Position numbers and translations under genes: made by a program. A model generated the notes under the pieces. The model was not told the origin of the DNA and did not search any database. It saw only the letters and a program-made list of their open reading frames with translations. A stretch of 64,000 nt of DNA from Octopus vulgaris (taxonomy: Eukaryota): assembly GCA_951406725.2 (NCBI GenBank), contig OX597832.1, positions 47,058,001 through 47,122,000 on the forward strand. The letters are read 5' to 3'. Below are positions 57,883 to 64,000 of this stretch, in pieces. The stretch's first letter is position 1; the number at the start of each line of letters is the position of its first letter.

Positions 57883-58270
57883 GGCGCAGGAGTGGCTTTG
57901 TGGTAAGTAGCTTGCGTACCAACCACATGGTTCCGGGTTCAGTCCCATTGCGTGGCACCTTGGGCAAGTATCTTCTACTATAGCCTCGGGCCGACCAAAG
58001 GTTTGTGAGTGGATTTGGTAGACGGAAACTGAAAGAAGCCCGTCGTATATATGTATATGTATATATATGTGTGTCTGTGTTTGTCCCCCCCCAACATCGC
58101 TTGGCAACCGATGTTGGTGTGTTTACGTCCCCATCACTTAGCGTTTCGGCCAGAGACCGATACTATAAGTACTAGGCTTACAAAGAATAAGTCCTGGGGG
58201 TCGATTTGTTTAACTAAAGGCGAAGCTCCAGCATGGCCGCAATCAAATTACTGAAACAAATAAAATAAAA
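57883..58270 (+). mobile_element. Family B SINE, full length
   Basis: ggcgcaggagtggctttgtggtaag...actgaaacaaataaaataaaag. Confidence 0.92.
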
Positions 58271-58309
<39 letters not shown>

Positions 58310-59149
58310 TATATACATATGCATATATATCTGTATATGTTTGTGTGCGAGCATGTATAAACACACATACATATATATAAATATACACTAATATATGTGC
58401 ACGTGAATGTGTGTCAATTTTTGTGTGTGTGCATGTATGTATACGCACACAAATGTGCATTTGTTCGTATGTGTATATGTAAATTTGTACAGGTGTATGT
58501 ATGTGCAAGAGATTTAGGCTTATTGATTACAAGATGAAAATAAAGGTTATATGTTTTTCAAAGATTTTAATATAAGGGAAAACACTTCGTGACAAAACGA
58601 TTTATTTCTCTTTAAGAGATTGACGCCGCAGTAGACGCGAAGACGACCAGACGAATTAATATAGAAAACTTCATAAAATATTGCATTAGCAGACGTATAA
58701 CTTCTATATTTGCGTGCGTGGGTGTGCTCTTTCTATCTCCTTTTCTCTCTCTCCCCACCATATATATATATATAATATATATATATATATACAAACACAG
58801 AGATAAATTCAAATATAAATAGAGAGATAAAGGGAAAGATAGTTAAATAGATTGAGAGAGAGAGAGAGAGAGAGATTCTGTCAAGTTGGTGTAGTAAACC
58901 TCCTTTAGAAAGAGCAATCTCAAAACATGGCCAGATGTGACGTCTATCACCTCATCAGAAAAATAGTATTTATATATGCATCCGCACGCACACACAAATA
59001 CACGCCATGACACACACATACACCCACACATATATATGTGAGGTGGGTGAGTAATATATATATGTATATATATTTAGTAATTTCGATATCTTTATGTATG
59101 AGCGAAATCGGCATTTATTGCTCTACACGCAATGTTAAGTCTACAATAA

Positions 59150-60095
59150 TTCTTTCGAACATAGGCACAAGACATGAAATCTTGGAAGAGACGGATAGTC
59201 GATTACTTTGACCTCAGTGGTTGACTGGTACTTACCTAATCGACTCTGAGTAAATGAAAAGCAAAGTCGACATCAGCAGAATTTGAACACAGAACGTAAA
59301 GAGAAACGAAATGCCGCTAAGCATTCTTGTTTGTTTATTGCCCACAAGGGGTTAAACATAGAGGGGACAAACAAGGACAGGCAAAGAGATTAAGTCGATT
59401 ACATCGATCCCAGTGTGTAACTGGTACTTAATTTATCGATCCCGAAAGGATTAAAGGCAAAGCCGACCTCGGCGGAATTTGAACTCAGGACGTAGCAGCA
59501 GACGAAATACCTATTTCTTTACTACCCACAAGGGGCTAAACATAGAGGGGACAAACAAGGACAGACAGACGGCACACGAAATACCGCTAAGCATTTCGCC
59601 TGGCGTGCTAACGTTTCTGCCAGCTCGCCTTACGCCGTCTTAATACTCTTTTCTACTCTAGGCACAAGGCCCGAAATATTGGAGGGAGGGGCCCTGTCGA
59701 TTAGATCGACCCCAGTACGCAACGGGTACTTAATGTATCAACCCTGAAAAGATGAAAGGCAAAGTCGACCTGGGCGGAATTTGAACTCAGAACGTAAAGA
59801 CATACAAAATACAACTAAACACTGGGATCCCCGAAATTGGTGTCCTTGGGCCAAAATTTGAAACCAATATTAAGACTGTTTAAGGTGCCGAACTATCAGG
59901 ATCATTCCAGTGTTACTGGCCAGTAATTTCAAAGAAAGGGCTCAAATCTATTACATCGACCCAGGTATTTCAATAGTACTTTATTTTATCACGCCTGAAT
60001 GGATAGAAGGTAAAGTGCATCTGGGCAGGATTTCAACCCAGAACTTAAAGAGCATATTCTCCGACATGCTAACGATACTGCCAACAAGCCGCCTA
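59150..60095 (-). mobile_element. Stack of co-oriented family A SINE units (young and old)
   Basis: Units at about 59150-59325, 59330-59511, 59512-59630, 59645-59820 and 59910-60095. Junction gacgaaatacc|tatttc at 59511/59512. Confidence 0.8.
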
Positions 60096-60991
60096 TCCCA
60101 AGATTACTTTAACGAATCAAAACTTCGATGCACCGAACTGAAAAACATCGCTACTATTCCTGCAGTAGGGTTTCGTTTACTAATTTGACTAATACGTAAT
60201 ACATGGAGCGTAAAAGATTAAATGAAAAAATCGCACCTCTCACTGCGGCAATTGAACTCAGAACGTTACTTGATACTGGAGTATATTATAATCCATGGCT
60301 TTCTGCCGACTCTACAATCTACCGCCTTCGTCGATTGATATAAAACCGTTCTGATAAAAGTGCACCTGATATAAATAAGCATTTATAGCATCCTGCACTG
60401 AACTGGGTCTATTACGAATACTTTATTCCCTTTCTTTCGTGAATTGTACATGGGGGGAAAACACAATAATTAGACAGAGCGTAATGGTACTGAAATTATA
60501 GATTTTTTTTTTTAGATTACTAAAGATATAAACACATCATGTTATTGACTATTTCTGTTCTCTTGAAAATATCCCGACCATATCCCTCCTTGAATTAGCA
60601 ACTGGTGTGCTTCTAGTCTTGGATAATTGCCAGGTTTATAAAACTCAGAAAACTGCATCATTGTCATTTCCCGTGAGAATTGACAAACTCACATTTAGCT
60701 ATAGAAGAAAACACCCGCTACCATCAATTCTGTTCTTCCAATATACCCAGAGAATTTCTTTTTCTTTTCTAAAAAAAAAAAAAATCCTACACTCTAGAAA
60801 AATATTAAAAATAGTTTGTTTTTTTTTTTTATGAGAAGTATGAAAATATATTTTTTGATGGGAATATTTTGTTAATTATCAAATATTTATATGGCTTAAT
60901 AATTTCGTATGTTTATTTTGTTTCGATATGAGCACGTAGAAACATTAAATATGTATAATATACTACATAAATTTTCATAGGAATTGGCGTG

Positions 60992-61035
<44 letters not shown>

Positions 61036-61094
61036 TGTATGTATGTATGTATCTCTCTCTCTGTCTATCTATCTATCTTTCTATATATATAAAC

Positions 61095-61126
<32 letters not shown>

Positions 61127-61559
61127 ATGAGTATGTATACATACATATATTCATACATCCATGCGTGTATACATAACACATACGTACATACAATCATACA
61201 TACATACGCACATACATACATACATATGTACGTATAAACCTTAACCCTTATCATTCTCAAGAAAATCAGTGACCATCATCATCATCATACCTATCAAGTG
61301 GGATTAAGTATATTGGTGTGTGTGTGTGTGTGTGTGTGTATGTTTGTGTGTGTACACTTACATTATATATATATGTTTACGCGTTTGTTTTGGAAAATTC
61401 CGAAGAGGTCACACTCAGCGTGTATGACAAAAGGGTTCAGCTGGTACTTATATTATCGACTCTGAAAGCACGAAGGGTAAAGTCAAACCTAGCGACAACG
61501 AAACACCGCTAAGCATAAATACCGATGCGCTAACGATTCTGCTAGCTCACCGCCTTTAA

Positions 61560-61576
61560 AATAATAATAATAATGG

Positions 61577-61663
<87 letters not shown>

Positions 61664-61699
61664 TAATAATAGTAATAATGTAATAATAATAATTAATAA

Positions 61700-61733
<34 letters not shown>

Positions 61734-61753
61734 TAAAATAATAATGAAATAAA

Positions 61754-61818
<65 letters not shown>

Positions 61819-61823
61819 TGATG

Positions 61824-61914
<91 letters not shown>
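61560..61914. repeat. (TAA)n array next to an old minus-strand family A-related SINE (about 61430-61555)
   Basis: Directly visible. Confidence 0.9.
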
Positions 61915-61915
<1 letters not shown>

Positions 61916-62528
61916 GCTGATGCAAAGACCGAACCTATACTGCGTGTGTTCAATTGGTAAAATATGACCACCCCCACGTATAACAATATCCTTAGACAGA
62001 CAGATAGACAGACAGACATAAATATGTATACCTACCTATGTATCTATACATGCATGCATACATGAATATATACGTATGCATCCGTGCTTATACACACGCA
62101 TTTACACATACAATTATAGCTACATAGAGAAAACCTCTATTTTTAGTTCACCACCTCTTAAACATAGAAACAAAATAAATAAAAGACGGCATCAACATCA
62201 GTGTGTGTGCATTTGCATGCCATCTCAAGTTCAGGTTTACCAAGTGAAACGTAAGACTTGTCATCCTCGAAAATATCAAAGAGTTTCCGATATTTATATC
62301 ATACTATTCCTGCCTGCTTAGTCGCATCCACCTGCCAACTCGACGGTGCTATATCGAATTCCCCGAAGCAGCAATTGTCACATGACTTGCGCAGACCTGT
62401 TAACAGTGAGTGAGGGTGGGAGGAAAAAAAAAAGTATCTGATGAGGGCGAATTAATGTTTCATGGAATTTTCTGTTAACTAACTTAAGAAGCACGGCAGT
62501 AAGTATGTGTGTGTATGTGTTTGTGTTT

Positions 62529-62579
<51 letters not shown>

Positions 62580-62691
62580 TGTGTGTGTGTGTGTGTGCAT
62601 GTGTGTTGATAGATAGATATGTGCGTACAAGTATAAAGGGATAGATACTCACAGACACATACATATATAGAAATAAAGCATAAATAAATAA

Positions 62692-62763
<72 letters not shown>

Positions 62764-62851
62764 AAAAAAACGCAAACAGACGCTTACACACCTGTGCTTG
62801 TGAGTGTATATATATATACACATATATATATATATCTGCTTACTGTATGTA

Positions 62852-62889
<38 letters not shown>

Positions 62890-62965
62890 TTTGTGCTTGT
62901 GGGTGTGTAAGCGTCTGTTTGCGTTTGTTTTTCCCGTTACGTAAACATATATATTATATACGTAT

Positions 62966-62998
<33 letters not shown>

Positions 62999-63146
62999 AG
63001 ATACATACATGCATAGACAGAGAGGGAGATAGATTAATGTCTGTATATATGTATATATATGTGCGTGTGTGAAAATGAGTTTGTAAATTCGTATGCTTTG
63101 TGTACTTTGCGTCCGTTTCATGACATGTATATGCACGCAAGTGTAT

Positions 63147-63414
63147 GCGCGTGGCTTAGCTGTTAGAGTATTTGGTTTACAATCGTAAGGTCATGAGTTC
63201 GGTTCCCGGCGGAGCGTTATGTCCTTGAGCAAGACACTCTAATTTACATTGATTCAGACCACTAAGCTGGCAAAAATGTCGAGTAACTATATTTCAAAGT
63301 TTAAGAGTACGCGTGTCTGTGAAGTGTTCAGCCACGTGAATGTTCATTTTACAAGCAGGCGGTTTCGTTGATAAGATTGACTGGATGCCTCATCGTCGCA
63401 ACTGACGGAGTGCT
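63147..63414 (+). mobile_element. Chimeric SINE: family D-type head with family C-type tail
   Basis: Head gcgcgtggcttag..tccttgagcaagacact..gctggcaaaaatg. Tail cgtgtctgtg.agtg.tcagccac..cgtcg.aac.gacggagtgct matches 19960-20063. Confidence 0.7.
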
Positions 63415-63579
63415 AGGTATTTGCAAGCAAATAGTACTTATTATAGTGGGTTCTTGTAAAATTACGCAAATTCTTCTAACATTATGTAAAGGTAACATCA
63501 TTCCGTAAGTGTGTGTTGTGTTACTGTTGACAGCTAGCTGTCTTGCTAGCAAACTAGATAGGTAGATAGATAGATAGAC

Positions 63580-63669
<90 letters not shown>

Positions 63670-64000
63670 GCAGGCAGGCAGGCAGGCAAGCAAGCAAGTA
63701 GTTATGAAATACCATGTTATTTATAAAGACCTCCTTTTGTGCTATTCATAGAATGAGGTTTCAATGGTTCAAATCTAAATCAACTTTTCGTGAAGGAAGG
63801 AAATTTCATCTTGATGGTGGTAATGAATTCCTGTTGTTGTTGTTGTCGTTGCTGTTGTTACTATTGTTGTTGTTCTTCTTCTTCTTCTTGATATTGATAT
63901 TGTAGCATTTTAACTTTCCATGAAGCACGAGTTAACAACCTGCTTCGAAACAGCAGTAAAGGGTGTAAATTTCCACCTAAACAGCACAAATTCATCTTCA

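Overview
This is a 64-kb AT-rich, microsatellite-saturated eukaryotic window that looks intronic or intergenic. The SINE repertoire and the very high (TA)n/(CA)n/(TAA)n/(GATA)n load suggest an octopus genome; this is recognition from memory, not a database result. No intact host gene can be supported, and almost all ORFs in the track are translated simple repeats. Recognisable content: (i) dozens of tRNA-headed SINEs in about five families, labelled A-E here; (ii) five 5'-truncated R4/Dong-like non-LTR retrotransposon fragments (four with restriction-like endonuclease coding sequence, one 3' UTR only) clustered at 21.8-32.5 kb in or beside (TAA)n arrays; (iii) Tc1 and mariner transposase relics; (iv) hAT and piggyBac-type MITEs and a non-autonomous Helitron; (v) five Penelope-type minimal hammerhead-ribozyme folds. 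The most notable observations are a tRNA-headed SINE with a hammerhead tail that hosts a nested Dong-like LINE, short hammerhead elements that dock at (TA)n, a ~760-bp near-perfect inverted duplication, a SINE flanked by a ~156-bp direct repeat, a recurring head-to-tail junction in SINE A, fold-back palindromes at insertion junctions, and a dense E-box cluster.
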